64,000 nucleotides of DNA from Armatimonadota bacterium. Lineage in GTDB: Bacteria; Armatimonadota; HRBIN16. The notes under the pieces were generated by a model. That model did not search any database and was not told where the DNA came from. It was given only the letters and a program-made list of their open reading frames with translations. The stretch spans positions 1,248,001 to 1,312,000 of the forward strand of contig OY781964.1 of the NCBI GenBank assembly GCA_963677485.1, written 5' to 3'. Both the position numbers and the translations under genes were made by a program. Below are positions 1 to 9,624 of this stretch, one piece after another; position 1 is the stretch's first letter; every line of letters starts with the position of its first letter.

Positions 1-1290
1 ACAGCTCAGCAGGATGTCCATGCTCTCCGCACCCAGGTCATCGGTGATGGGGCGTGAGGCACTCACTGAAGCGTTCGTGTGCACGCGGCTCTTACCCCGC
101 AGACGCTCGATCTCCTGCACCGGGTAAGGTGTCAGGCGCATTCCCTGCGGAGTGGTGCGCAGGCTGAGGCTGGTGGGGATCGTCATGCACTGGTTGAAGG
201 GCATCCCCAGCGTGGTGCTCTGGCCCCAGCCGATTTGGATACGCCGGCCATCGGCGGCAGGGATATTGTTGTAGGTCTGGGCTGCGTAATAGGCGTTGCC
301 GTATGTGTAGCGGATTTTGTCAGTATCTGGCGTGAACACCTTGCCGTCAAACTTCCCGATCATATAACCTCCGTCGGCTGCGCTGAGCACCCATCGGGTC
401 TGAGACGGATTCCCATCTACCGGCAGCTCATACATATCGGGGCACTCGTAGAAGCCCCCGATGAAGCTCTGCCGCTCCCAGTGTTTCATGTTGGCGGAGG
501 TAAAGAAGGCCACGCCCTGCGTGTTTTCCTCCACACGATAGACCGCGATCACATACTGTCGGCTTGGTGCGTGCCATAGAACCCGCGGATCGCGCCCATC
601 ACCCGGATGTTTGATCATCGGATTGTCGGCACCGAGGCTCCAGGTGAGGCCGGCGTCGTTGCTGTAAGCCAGCACCTCTCCGCTGCCGGTGTCGGTCAGG
701 AATGCGATCAGGCATTTCTCACTGCCGGTCTGGTATCCGGTGATGTTGTGCTCACCGACTATCGCACTGCCGCTGAAAGCCATCCCCTTACACTGCACAA
801 ACTGGAATATAGCGGTGGGCAGCTCCTTCCAATGGAACAGGTCGGTGCTGACGGCATGGCCCCAGTGCATGTTGTCCCAGTTGAACCCGTAGGGGTTATG
901 CTGATAGAACAGGTGGTATTCGCCCTTATAGTAAACCAGCCCATTGGGGTCGTTGTTCCATCCGCGGCGGGTGGTGAAATGCACCATGGGACGCAGCTTT
1001 TCGCGGTAGATGCTCTTTTCATCACGGATTTGCGCCGAGTTCTCAATACCGGTTAACAGCTTGGAGGCAGCCGGTAGGTCAGCCGCTTCGATGGTCGCGG
1101 ACTTGCCTTGATAGCTCTGCATGTCGGCGAACACCCAAAAGTCGGGTTGGCCATCGGCCAATTCGATTCCGAATTTGCGGACGGCTTGACCGTCGATGGT
1201 GATGGTCAGTTGTGCTTTCGGTGCCCCGTTCTTGACGGGAAGGTTCAGGTATCGCTCAGTTAATATGATTGTGCGTTGGATGTTCATCAT
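1..1290 (-). CDS. GH32 family glycoside hydrolase (levanase/beta-fructosidase-like), 3' end runs off window start
   Basis: Absent from the ORF track because it has no stop in the window. Read manually from ATG at 1290 (GGAG RBS upstream): MMNIQRTIILTERYLNLPV...HFTTRRGWNNDPNGLVYYKGEYHLFYQHNP...MHWGHAVS...FSGSA...RDPRV...ECPD. These are the three GH32 catalytic motifs (NDPNG, RDP, EC). Confidence 0.93.
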   Translation of the reverse strand, partial: MMNIQRTIILTERYLNLPVKNGAPKAQLTITIDGQAVRKFGIELADGQPDFWVFADMQSYQGKSATIEAADLPAASKLLTGIENSAQIRDEKSIYREKLRPMVHFTTRRGWNNDPNGLVYYKGEYHLFYQHNPYGFNWDNMHWGHAVSTDLFHWKELPTAIFQFVQCKGMAFSGSAIVGEHNITGYQTGSEKCLIAFLTDTGSGEVLAYSNDAGLTWSLGADNPMIKHPGDGRDPRVLWHAPSRQYVIAVYRVEENTQGVAFFTSANMKHWERQSFIGGFYECPDMYELPVDGNPSQTRWVLSAADGGYMIGKFDGKVFTPDTDKIRYTYGNAYYAAQTYNNIPAADGRRIQIGWGQSTTLGMPFNQCMTIPTSLSLRTTPQGMRLTPYPVQEIERLRGKSRVHTNASVSASRPITDDLGAESMDILLSC

Positions 1291-1592
1291 TATATCTCCA
1301 TGATTAATATAGACCCATTGGTATATTCGCTTGTTGGTGCAGATATCCTTCTATAATGACCTCGCCGCATCATTGTTCCCTGGTGGCATTCAAGATCGCT
1401 GAGATATCGGATATCTGACCAAATTCAACTATTTCATAATTTTAACATAAATATTTACATATTAATATGTATTTAAAAGGTATACTATAGCCACTAAAGT
1501 CTGATTTAGGTCAGATTTATAGAAGAATCGCCCTAAGGAATCAGGTTTGGAGCACGGATATTTTTAGAACATCTAGAATCAACCACGTCGAC

Positions 1593-2099
1593 TTGGATCA
1601 GGTGAATGAGTTCACCCACTCGATCATGCAAGACCCAACAGCATCACGGACAACGGAAGTCATCGAAAGCGAATGGCAGATCAGTGATGGTGGGATGCAA
1701 GATCAATCCAAGCTGGTGTTTGATAACGGTACAACCGGGGCAGCACTAACCCCGTCAGACGGTGTCGAAGGCGATGTGACCTTCGCAGATCCGATGCACT
1801 ATTACTACTATGGCATTGCGTCAGGCTATACTGGCGTTTTTGCTGCTCTGGCAGCATCACTAGGCGTGAAACTCAAGTGCATGACCACACGAGTGGAAGC
1901 CGATATGAGCCACTCACATGCAGTGAATGTCACACATGAGCCTGTTCTGGAATGTGTGAGGATGGTGCTGCGGATTGTCAGCGATTCGACCATCGCAAAA
2001 CTGCGTGAGGTTGAGGCGCTGGCACTTAAACAATGCCCCTCTGGATTGTTGTGTCGCCATCAGGTCAAACTGATGCCATGGTGTTCTGTCTCAGTATAG
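1593..2099 (+). CDS. OsmC/Ohr-like protein, divergent (start uncertain)
   Basis: Pattern DPMHYYYYGIASGYTGVFAALAASLGVKL...VEAD...LECVRMVLRIVSDS...LALKQCP resembles the OsmC fold. The first conserved Cys position reads G. Confidence 0.6.
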   Translation: MDQVNEFTHSIMQDPTASRTTEVIESEWQISDGGMQDQSKLVFDNGTTGAALTPSDGVEGDVTFADPMHYYYYGIASGYTGVFAALAASLGVKLKCMTTRVEADMSHSHAVNVTHEPVLECVRMVLRIVSDSTIAKLREVEALALKQCPSGLLCRHQVKLMPWCSVSV

Positions 2100-2353
2100 G
2101 AACACGACCCTTGGCCTCCCTCAACCTCGGGGGAGGCCTCGATCCGCATGATAACGACTTGCATAAACGATCTCGTCAGATATTTCACGCCTCAGATGGG
2201 AATGCGTTACAATGATACTGTTCGGTTGACGCCACTGTATCGAGCCTCATGCAGGCCATCACGACGCCAATATAAGTTCCGGACCGTATTCACAACACCT
2301 TAACTCTGCATTTCGAGGCATAGGGTGTGGTTTGCGCACTTGAAGGGTCTCAT

Positions 2354-4342
2354 ATGTTTGGTTTTGAGCTCACTAGCCAACCTGGCCTGTGGCTGTCGAT
2401 AACCCTTACCGCCTGGCTGCTTGTGGTACTCGTCGGAACCCTCCGGCGCAACTCCTCAGGATATCTTCTCGCGGTACCGGCATTGGCGGGCTGCCTGTTG
2501 GTGTTGGTCGCAGTATTTACCTCACGCAATGGCATGTTCCAACTCCCTCATTTTTTGCATCTGGGTGATGCACCGTTCCGCTTAGTAATCGACCCGCTCA
2601 GCCGATGGTTCCTCGGGATCATCGCCGTGGTCGGTGTTCCTGTGGTGCTGTTTTCCAGCGGATATCTGCACCACTTGCGCAAGCGGGTGGCTCTGGGTTA
2701 CGTGTGGGCCGCGCTGGCGGTGCTGTTTATCAGCATGTGTGCCGTGGTGCTGGCGGGTAATGCGATGTTGTTTTTGGTGGCTTGGGAGTGCATGGCGTTC
2801 AGCTCCTTCGTGCTGGTTGCGGCCGACCACGGCAACCGAGATATCCGTCGTGCTGCTCTGATCTACCTTGGCGCCACCAGAACCGGAACCGCCTTTTTGA
2901 TGGCCGGTTTCCTCTGGGCACACCAACTGACAGGCAGTTGGGAGTTCGCACAGTGGGCCCTGACCGGTGCATCGGCTCTCGGTCCTGCTTTGTTGATTCT
3001 GGTGGGTCTAGCCACTAAAGCGGGTTCCTGGCCATTTCACCTGTGGCTGCCCATCGCCCATCCAGCCGCACCCACGCCTGTGTCGGCCATCATGAGCGGT
3101 GTGATGATCAAAACCGCCATCTACGCCATGGCACGCTTCTTCGTGGTGGGTGACGCCTTTGTCCATCCCGCATTAGGTCCGGTGATTCTGCTGCTCGGGG
3201 CGGTATCCGCCTTCTGGGGAGTGATCTTCGCGCTGCTGCAGCACGACCTGAAGCGGCTGCTGGCCTACCACAGCGTGGAGAACATCGGCATCATCATGAT
3301 GGGGCTGGGCATATCATTGCTGGGTAAACAACACCACCTCCCGATACTGCAGCAATTAGGACTGGCTGCGGCACTGTTCCACACGCTCAACCATGCGGTG
3401 TTTAAAAGTCTGTTGTTCCTGGGCGCAGGGGCCATCGATGCCCGCACCCACCTGCGCGACATCGAGAAGCTGGGCGGACTGATCCGCCGGATGCCCTGGA
3501 CTGCTGGCGCGTTCATCGTGGGAAGTGCTGCCATCTGCGCTTTACCCCCCCTTAACGGCTTTGCCAGCGAATGGGTGCTTTACCAGGGCTTTTTCGAACT
3601 GGCAAAAGGCGGAGCGAGTGTGGCGATGCGGTTAGGTGGCCTGCTGTTGATGGGCTGGCTGGGGCTGATCGGTGCATTGGCCATCGCCTGTTTTGTGAAG
3701 GCGGTGGGTGTGGTATTTCTGGGCAACCCCCGCAGCCAGGAGGCCGAGAACGCCAAAGAGGTGGGCCAGAGCATGGTCACCGCCCAATGGTATCTGGCGG
3801 CTCTCTGCCTGCTGATTGGTCTTTCGGTGCCTGCGCTGATGAGACCACTCGGGGATGTGGTGGCGATGACCGGCCAGAGTTCGCTGCTAGCCGCCGCCTG
3901 GAGCCTACCCATGCTGCCACTGGCTGTGGCACTGCTGCTGGGGCTGGTTGCGGTGAGCCTTTGGATACGCCAACTGCAGAAGCTCCACCCCGAACGCCGC
4001 TTCATCACCTGGGAATGCGGGTTTGGTGAGTTGGGCCCACGCACGCAGTATACCGCCAGTAGTTTCGCCCAGCCGATCTCACGGTTGTTTGGAAAACTCT
4101 ACAGCTATTCGCTGGAGGTGCAGCGGGGTGGGGAGAACAAACAGCTCTTCGCGGAGACCGTGCAAGCGGAAACCCATCACGAAGCGCATCTGGAGACTCA
4201 TCTCTACGTGCCGCTGATAAAGAGTATTCAGCGGATTTCGGAGAAACTCATCATGCGCATCCAGGCTGGCAGCATCCACCAATATCTTCTCACCATGGCG
4301 CTGGTTCTGGCACTCTTACTATGGATAGGTCTCAACCGATGA
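2354..4342 (+). CDS. hyfB: HyfB/NuoL-like proton-conducting membrane subunit of Ehr/group-4 hydrogenase-like complex
   Basis: Highly hydrophobic. Motifs FLVAWECM, KAGSWPFHLWLPIAHPAAPTPVSAIMSG, DLKRLLAYHSVENIG, LPPLNGFASEW, TWECG. Confidence 0.9.
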   Translation: MFGFELTSQPGLWLSITLTAWLLVVLVGTLRRNSSGYLLAVPALAGCLLVLVAVFTSRNGMFQLPHFLHLGDAPFRLVIDPLSRWFLGIIAVVGVPVVLFSSGYLHHLRKRVALGYVWAALAVLFISMCAVVLAGNAMLFLVAWECMAFSSFVLVAADHGNRDIRRAALIYLGATRTGTAFLMAGFLWAHQLTGSWEFAQWALTGASALGPALLILVGLATKAGSWPFHLWLPIAHPAAPTPVSAIMSGVMIKTAIYAMARFFVVGDAFVHPALGPVILLLGAVSAFWGVIFALLQHDLKRLLAYHSVENIGIIMMGLGISLLGKQHHLPILQQLGLAAALFHTLNHAVFKSLLFLGAGAIDARTHLRDIEKLGGLIRRMPWTAGAFIVGSAAICALPPLNGFASEWVLYQGFFELAKGGASVAMRLGGLLLMGWLGLIGALAIACFVKAVGVVFLGNPRSQEAENAKEVGQSMVTAQWYLAALCLLIGLSVPALMRPLGDVVAMTGQSSLLAAAWSLPMLPLAVALLLGLVAVSLWIRQLQKLHPERRFITWECGFGELGPRTQYTASSFAQPISRLFGKLYSYSLEVQRGGENKQLFAETVQAETHHEAHLETHLYVPLIKSIQRISEKLIMRIQAGSIHQYLLTMALVLALLLWIGLNR

Positions 4343-5262
4343 ACACACTAGCATACCTCCCTCTGGTTTTGGTCAATGTGCTGATCGTGCCGCTGCTGCT
4401 GATGGGCATCATCCGCAAGGTGAAGGCCTTGATGCAAAACCGCATCGGCTCACCCATCCTGCAGCCGTTCTATGATTTCGCGAAGATGATTCGCAAGACC
4501 GAGACGGTCAGCCAGACCGCAAGCTGGGTGTTCGCATGGGCGCCGCGGATCGGACTGGTCACGGCCGTGCTCGTGTCGATCATGGTGCCATGGAGCGGTC
4601 TGCTTATGCCCAGCAACTGGGCGATGGTCACGAACTTTTTACTGGTGCTCTATCTGCTGTCTCTCAGCAAGTTCTTTACGATGCTGGCTGCCATTGATAC
4701 CGGCTCAGCGTTTGGCGGGCTGGGTGCCAGCCGTGAGGCCACCATCTCGATGCTGGTGGAGCCCACTCTGGTGATGGGTCTGGCTGCGCTGGCCCTCGGT
4801 GCGGGCAGCACCAATCTGCTGAGCATCTTCTCGGGGCCCGTGAGTCCGGCAGTGGCCATCCTGGTGGGTTGTGCGCTGGTGGTCGCCGCGCTGGCTGAGC
4901 TCTCGCGAATGCCTGTAGATGACCCCACCACGCACCTGGAACTGACCATGGTGCATGAGGCGATGATACTGGAGAACAGCGGACGTGGACTGGCGTTCAT
5001 TGAGTATGCCTCCGCATTACGGTGCTGCATCTTCCTGGGATTGGCATCTCAGACGCTCATTCGGGCGATACCGGGTTACCACACCATCCCGCTGCTCACG
5101 CAGTATGGCCTCGGGTTGTTGGCTGTTGTGCTGATGGGGGTCGCGGTGGCGGTAGCCGAGGGTGTGCTGGTGAAGTTGAAATGGCGCAGCGTGCCCAACT
5201 TCCTGGTGTTCGCGACGGTGATGAGTATGCTGGCGGCATTGATCGCAGCGGCTCAGGCTTAG
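4339..5262 (+). CDS. hyfC: HyfC/NuoH-like membrane subunit
   Basis: RKVKALMQNRIGSPILQPFYDFAK, GSAFGGLGASRE, ELSRMPVDDPTTHLELTMVHEAMILE. ATGA overlap with hyfB. Confidence 0.9.
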   Translation: MNTLAYLPLVLVNVLIVPLLLMGIIRKVKALMQNRIGSPILQPFYDFAKMIRKTETVSQTASWVFAWAPRIGLVTAVLVSIMVPWSGLLMPSNWAMVTNFLLVLYLLSLSKFFTMLAAIDTGSAFGGLGASREATISMLVEPTLVMGLAALALGAGSTNLLSIFSGPVSPAVAILVGCALVVAALAELSRMPVDDPTTHLELTMVHEAMILENSGRGLAFIEYASALRCCIFLGLASQTLIRAIPGYHTIPLLTQYGLGLLAVVLMGVAVAVAEGVLVKLKWRSVPNFLVFATVMSMLAALIAAAQA

Positions 5263-5282
5263 CGAGAGGAAGGCGTAAAGAT

Positions 5283-5927
5283 ATGAACCTGTCTCAAATC
5301 GACCTGTTGGCCTCAGGAGCCGCCATTCTGGCGGTGTGGGCCTGTGGGGTCAGCCGCATCAAGGTGCAGATCAGGCTTTTGGCCCTGCAAACCGCCTTCC
5401 TGGCGGCCATCTGCCTTCTTCTGGGCCTGCACGAGGGCAGCAAGCAGTTGCTGGTGCTGTCAGCCGTGGTGCTTCTCGTCAAGGCGGTGGGCATTCCGGT
5501 ATTCCTGCAGTGGTCGGCCAGACATATGGGTGTCGAACGCGACCGAGGAATCGGGGTGAACTTGACACCAGGACTGATCATCGGATTCTGTCTGCTGGCG
5601 GTGGGCTACTTCATGGCCCCGCAGTTCGCGGTGCCCGGCATGGGTAACAGCGGTTCGGCCGGTATGGGCTTTGCGCTGATGCTGCTCGGGATGCTGCAAA
5701 TGACCTCGCGGCGGTTGGCCCTCAGCCAGGTGATCGGCTTCTTGACCATGGAGAATGGCATCTTCCTGTACAGCCTGACTCAGACCAAGCATATGCCGAT
5801 TCTGCTGGAAATGGGCAGTGTGTTCGAGGTGCTGATCGCGGTCATGATCGCTGGCATGGTGCTGTTCCGCATCAACCGAAGTTTTGAGCACATCGATGTC
5901 ACGGATATGCAGGAGTTACGCCATTGA
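5283..5927 (+). CDS. hyfE: HyfE-like membrane subunit
   Basis: LSQVIGFLTMENGIFL and C-terminal RINRSFEHIDV. Start taken at MNLSQ after an AGGAAGG RBS. Confidence 0.85.
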   Translation: MNLSQIDLLASGAAILAVWACGVSRIKVQIRLLALQTAFLAAICLLLGLHEGSKQLLVLSAVVLLVKAVGIPVFLQWSARHMGVERDRGIGVNLTPGLIIGFCLLAVGYFMAPQFAVPGMGNSGSAGMGFALMLLGMLQMTSRRLALSQVIGFLTMENGIFLYSLTQTKHMPILLEMGSVFEVLIAVMIAGMVLFRINRSFEHIDVTDMQELRH

Positions 5928-7360
5928 TCAGCCTGATACTTCTGCCACTCATCATCGCGGTGCTGGGCCTGATGCCCCGTATGTCACGCCATATCGCCGT
6001 CATCAGTGCGAGCCTGATGCTGCTGCAATTGCCGGTGGCCGTCTGGATCTGTCTGCCCGCCTTCCGTGGGCAAACGGTGGTGGCTGGTAACTTTGCGGTA
6101 GATGGTGTTGGGGCCGTGTTCACCATCATCACTACACTGGTGGCACTCGCAGCGATGCTCCAAGCCGCCTTGCAGTTGCCGGCTGAGCGTCTGACGGAAC
6201 ACAAAACCAGCGACAAAGCCTACTGCGGCTTCTTCTCGCTCTCCGCGCTGTTCTTGATCGCGATGTATGCGGTGCCATTGTCTCAGCATCTGGGCGTGAT
6301 CTGGATGGCGATTGAAGCCACCACGTTGATGTCCGCCCCGCTGGTGTATTACCATCGCAGCCGCAGCTCGCTGGAAGCCACCTGGAAGTATCTGCTGCTT
6401 TGCAGCGTGGGCATCGCCTTTGCGCTGTTCGGCACGGTGATGCTGTTCGCCTCCCAGCACTCGTTCAACGGCGAGTCGATGATGCTGGCCGACTTGACGG
6501 CGCACGCCAAACAGCTCGATCCCAAGCTGCTGAGCCTGGGATTCATTTTCTGCCTGCTGGGATACGGCACCAAGGCCGGTATCTTCCCGCTGCATAACTG
6601 GCTGCCAGATGCGCATAGTGAAGCCCCTGCACCCTCGTCTGCGATGCTCTCCGGGTCGTTGTTGAACTGCGCTTTGGTGGCTATCTGGCGGCTGTCGCAG
6701 TTGATGGCCGCGGCCGGTCAGGCCGATCTGGTGCGTGATCTTCTGGTGCCTGCGGGAGCAATCACTGTGATCGCCGCCAGCCTGATGCTGGTGCGACAGC
6801 ACGACTTGAAGCGGATGCTGGCCTATTCCAGTGTGGAACACATCGGATTGCTGACGCTTGCGATTGGTATCGGCTCCACACCGTTGTTCATGCTGCACGC
6901 ATTCAACCACAGCATCATCAAGGTCGCCCTGTTCTTGATGGCGGGCAGTATCCTGCACGTCTACGGAACCAAGCAGTTGTCCAAACTGGGCGGGCTGCTG
7001 AAGTCCTCGCCGTTGTGGGGCGCAGTGTTAATGTTGGCAGGTTTCGCCATCGCTGGCAGCCCGCCGTTTGGCACCTTCATCAGCGAATGGCTGCTGCTGC
7101 GCGACACGCTATCAGCGGGCGAGGTTGCGGCCACCGTCACGGTGATTGTTGGACTGACGATCACCTTCATCGCCATCACAACCCATCTGGGCAAAGTGGT
7201 GTTCGGTATCGAGCGGCCGTTAGTCCACGGCACGCCACAGCGAAGCTGGGCCTATGTGCCTGTCTGCCTGCTGGTGCTCAGCCTGCTGGCCGGTGTGGCG
7301 ATTGCCCCGAATGTGATGAGCAGGCTGGTCATGCTGGCCCAACTGGGGGGTGCCCGATGA
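5924..7360 (+). CDS. hyfF: HyfF/NuoM-like membrane subunit
   Basis: WMAIEATTL, SLEATWKYLLLCSVGIA, GYGTKAGIFPLHNWLPDAHSEAP, KRMLAYSSVEH, PPFGTFISE. Confidence 0.9.
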   Translation: MISLILLPLIIAVLGLMPRMSRHIAVISASLMLLQLPVAVWICLPAFRGQTVVAGNFAVDGVGAVFTIITTLVALAAMLQAALQLPAERLTEHKTSDKAYCGFFSLSALFLIAMYAVPLSQHLGVIWMAIEATTLMSAPLVYYHRSRSSLEATWKYLLLCSVGIAFALFGTVMLFASQHSFNGESMMLADLTAHAKQLDPKLLSLGFIFCLLGYGTKAGIFPLHNWLPDAHSEAPAPSSAMLSGSLLNCALVAIWRLSQLMAAAGQADLVRDLLVPAGAITVIAASLMLVRQHDLKRMLAYSSVEHIGLLTLAIGIGSTPLFMLHAFNHSIIKVALFLMAGSILHVYGTKQLSKLGGLLKSSPLWGAVLMLAGFAIAGSPPFGTFISEWLLLRDTLSAGEVAATVTVIVGLTITFIAITTHLGKVVFGIERPLVHGTPQRSWAYVPVCLLVLSLLAGVAIAPNVMSRLVMLAQLGGAR

Positions 7361-8856
7361 ACCACAACTTCAAGTGTATCGATGAGACCCCTGCCAATCT
7401 GGCGAAAGCTGCCAGGAGCTGGCTGAGCAAACCGGGTCGGCGTTATGGTCACTTCACCGCCCGAGTGTGTGATGATGGCCGACTGTGCCTGGTAATGCTG
7501 CTGCTTGACCTCAACACCAGCGGAGGGGTGATCATGAGCGCAGCTCTGGCTGATGGCGAAACCGAATACCCGGCTATCACCGCAGAAATACCGGCAGCTC
7601 ACTGGGCGGAGCGGGCAGTGGGCGACTTCTTTGGGTTGCTGCCCATTGGCCATCCGCGCTGGAAGTCCGTGATCCTGCATGACGGCATCTGGCCAAACGA
7701 CCTCTACCCGCTGTCACCAAACGCAGGCCATCCGCGCGGACTGTATGAGTTCATGCTGGTCACCGGTGAGGGGATTCATGAGATACCCGTGGGCCCTATC
7801 CACGCGGGGATCATCGAGCCTGGCCATTTCCGGTTTAGCTGTTCGGGTGAGGTGATCACCAACCTGAGTATCCGGCTGGGATACCTTCACCGCGGCGTGG
7901 AAAAGCGGCTGGCGGAGCTTCCCTGGCAGCAGACTCGCTTCCTGGCGGAGTCGGCTAGCGCCGACACGGCCCTGGGCAACGCATTGGCCCATAGCGTCGC
8001 GATGGAGCAGTTGCTGGGCATCACGGCACCGGCACGGGCACAGTATCTGCGCACCATCGGATTGGAAATCGAGCGGCTGGGCAACCATGTCGGCGACCTG
8101 GGAGCACTGGCGGGTGATGTGGGCTACAGTGCCGGAGCGGGGTTGTTCCCGCCGATGCGCGGCGCGGCCTTGAGCCTGGCGATGCTGTTGAGCGGATCGC
8201 GGCGTCAGCGGTATTACGTGAAGCCCGGCGAAGTGGCGCGCGATCTGCCAGATGACCGGCGGTTGAAGATGCTGACCGGCCTGGATGAGATGGAGACGCG
8301 TCTGCACGATTTGATCCCACTGTTACTGAAGAACTCATCTGTCATGGAGCGCATGGAAGGTACCGGAGTGGTCTCGCTGGCGGTAGCTCGTGAGCTGGGG
8401 CTAGTGGGCCCCGCGGCACGTGCCAGCGGCCGCAGTTACGACGCCCGCCGCGTATACGCTCATGGTGTGTATCCGGAGTTCGCTCCCGAGCTGGTCAAAC
8501 AGCAAGAGGGCGATGTGATGGCGCGTACCCGTCAGCGAGCGGACGAGATATGGAGCAGCATCGCGATCATCCGGCAACTGCTGCAGTCGCTGCCAGAGGG
8601 AGCTATATGCGAAGAATGCACACACCTTCCGCTGGCACCGAACAGCAGCGGTGTGGGGATTGTGGAGGCCTGGCGAGGCGAACTGCTGCACTGGGTATTC
8701 ACCGATGCTTCAGGAAATATAAGCAGGTATGCCATCAAAGACCCCAGTTTCAACAACTGGACGGGTCTGTCAATGGCGGTGCGCGGCAACCTTGTGGCAG
8801 ATTTTCCTGTCTGCAACAAGAGCTTCAACTTATCCTACAGCGGGAATGACCTTTAG
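7357..8856 (+). CDS. HyfG/NuoCD-like large subunit lacking NiFe ligands (EhrL type)
   Basis: VGPIHAGIIEPGHFRF, LGYLHRGVEK, VEAWRGE, KDPSFNNW, C-terminus DFPVCNKSFNLSYSGNDL. No CxxC pairs. Confidence 0.9.
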   Translation: MNHNFKCIDETPANLAKAARSWLSKPGRRYGHFTARVCDDGRLCLVMLLLDLNTSGGVIMSAALADGETEYPAITAEIPAAHWAERAVGDFFGLLPIGHPRWKSVILHDGIWPNDLYPLSPNAGHPRGLYEFMLVTGEGIHEIPVGPIHAGIIEPGHFRFSCSGEVITNLSIRLGYLHRGVEKRLAELPWQQTRFLAESASADTALGNALAHSVAMEQLLGITAPARAQYLRTIGLEIERLGNHVGDLGALAGDVGYSAGAGLFPPMRGAALSLAMLLSGSRRQRYYVKPGEVARDLPDDRRLKMLTGLDEMETRLHDLIPLLLKNSSVMERMEGTGVVSLAVARELGLVGPAARASGRSYDARRVYAHGVYPEFAPELVKQQEGDVMARTRQRADEIWSSIAIIRQLLQSLPEGAICEECTHLPLAPNSSGVGIVEAWRGELLHWVFTDASGNISRYAIKDPSFNNWTGLSMAVRGNLVADFPVCNKSFNLSYSGNDL

Positions 8857-8868
8857 GAGGGCAGTATC

Positions 8869-9624
8869 ATGCGAAACACATTGCTATCGGTGTTGAAAAC
8901 CGGCCTGCTCACTCAGAAAGAGCTGTTCCCTGAGCTGCCAGAGGAGGCCAACGGACTGCCAACGGTGACGCAGACTCCATGCGACGGGGGCTCCTGCGGG
9001 CAGTGCGCAGACCTCTGCCCAACCCATGCGGTTGCGGTTTCCGATGGCGGCGTGTCGCTGGACCTGGGGTGCTGCATCGGCTGTCAGGCGTGCGTGGAGG
9101 TCTGCCCAACGGGCTCGATTGTGCGCAACCGGTCGACGAAGATCGCCTCGCTGAGCCGTGAGGGTTTGGTTCTTACGGCCAGTTCGCTAGCACCCACGGA
9201 CAGTAAGCCAGTGAATCGGCCATTTCACCGCTCGCTGCATGTACGCGCGGTCTCGACGGGGGATAGTGCCAGCGATCTTGAGATGATTGCCAGCACCAAC
9301 GCGGTGTTCGACATCACGCAGTTTGGCGTTCATTTCGTGGCTTCACCGCGGTTTGCCGATGCGCTGATGGTCACCGGCCCGGTGCCGCACGCCATGCAGG
9401 AGCCTTTACGACGCTGTTACCAGGCGATGGCCGAACCTCGGCTGGTGATCGCGCTGGGAACCTCCGCCATCAGTGGCGGGCTGCATTCCGGTGGCTACGC
9501 CGAAGCGAATGGTGTAGACGCCGTGCTTCCGGTGGACTGTTATATCCCCGGCGATCCGCCGCACCCCTGGAGCCTGCTCTACGGTGTGCTGCTGGCGATG
9601 GGTAGGGATCCATCTACCCTTTGA
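8869..9624 (+). CDS. Fused 2x[4Fe-4S] ferredoxin (HyfH/NuoI-like) + NuoB/HyfI-like small subunit
   Basis: N-terminal CGQCADLCP and CIGCQACVEVCP. C-terminal FVASPRFADALMVTGPV and YIPG-PPHP. Confidence 0.88.
   Translation: MRNTLLSVLKTGLLTQKELFPELPEEANGLPTVTQTPCDGGSCGQCADLCPTHAVAVSDGGVSLDLGCCIGCQACVEVCPTGSIVRNRSTKIASLSREGLVLTASSLAPTDSKPVNRPFHRSLHVRAVSTGDSASDLEMIASTNAVFDITQFGVHFVASPRFADALMVTGPVPHAMQEPLRRCYQAMAEPRLVIALGTSAISGGLHSGGYAEANGVDAVLPVDCYIPGDPPHPWSLLYGVLLAMGRDPSTL

Noticed and set aside
79-1056. Plus-strand ORFs 79-579 and 607-1056
   Set aside because: Antisense to the GH32 gene, which the track missed because it lacks a stop in the window.
2100-2353. Fluoride riboswitch upstream of the hyf-like operon (a known association)
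   Set aside because: No GATGRxGTTCxCC...GCTGATGAC pattern. Only a GC hairpin at about 2113-2138.
8869-9624. Selenocysteine or frameshift explaining the missing cysteines
   Set aside because: The codons at the ligand positions are ordinary GAT/AGC/TCC/GAT in an uninterrupted frame, with no in-frame TGA.
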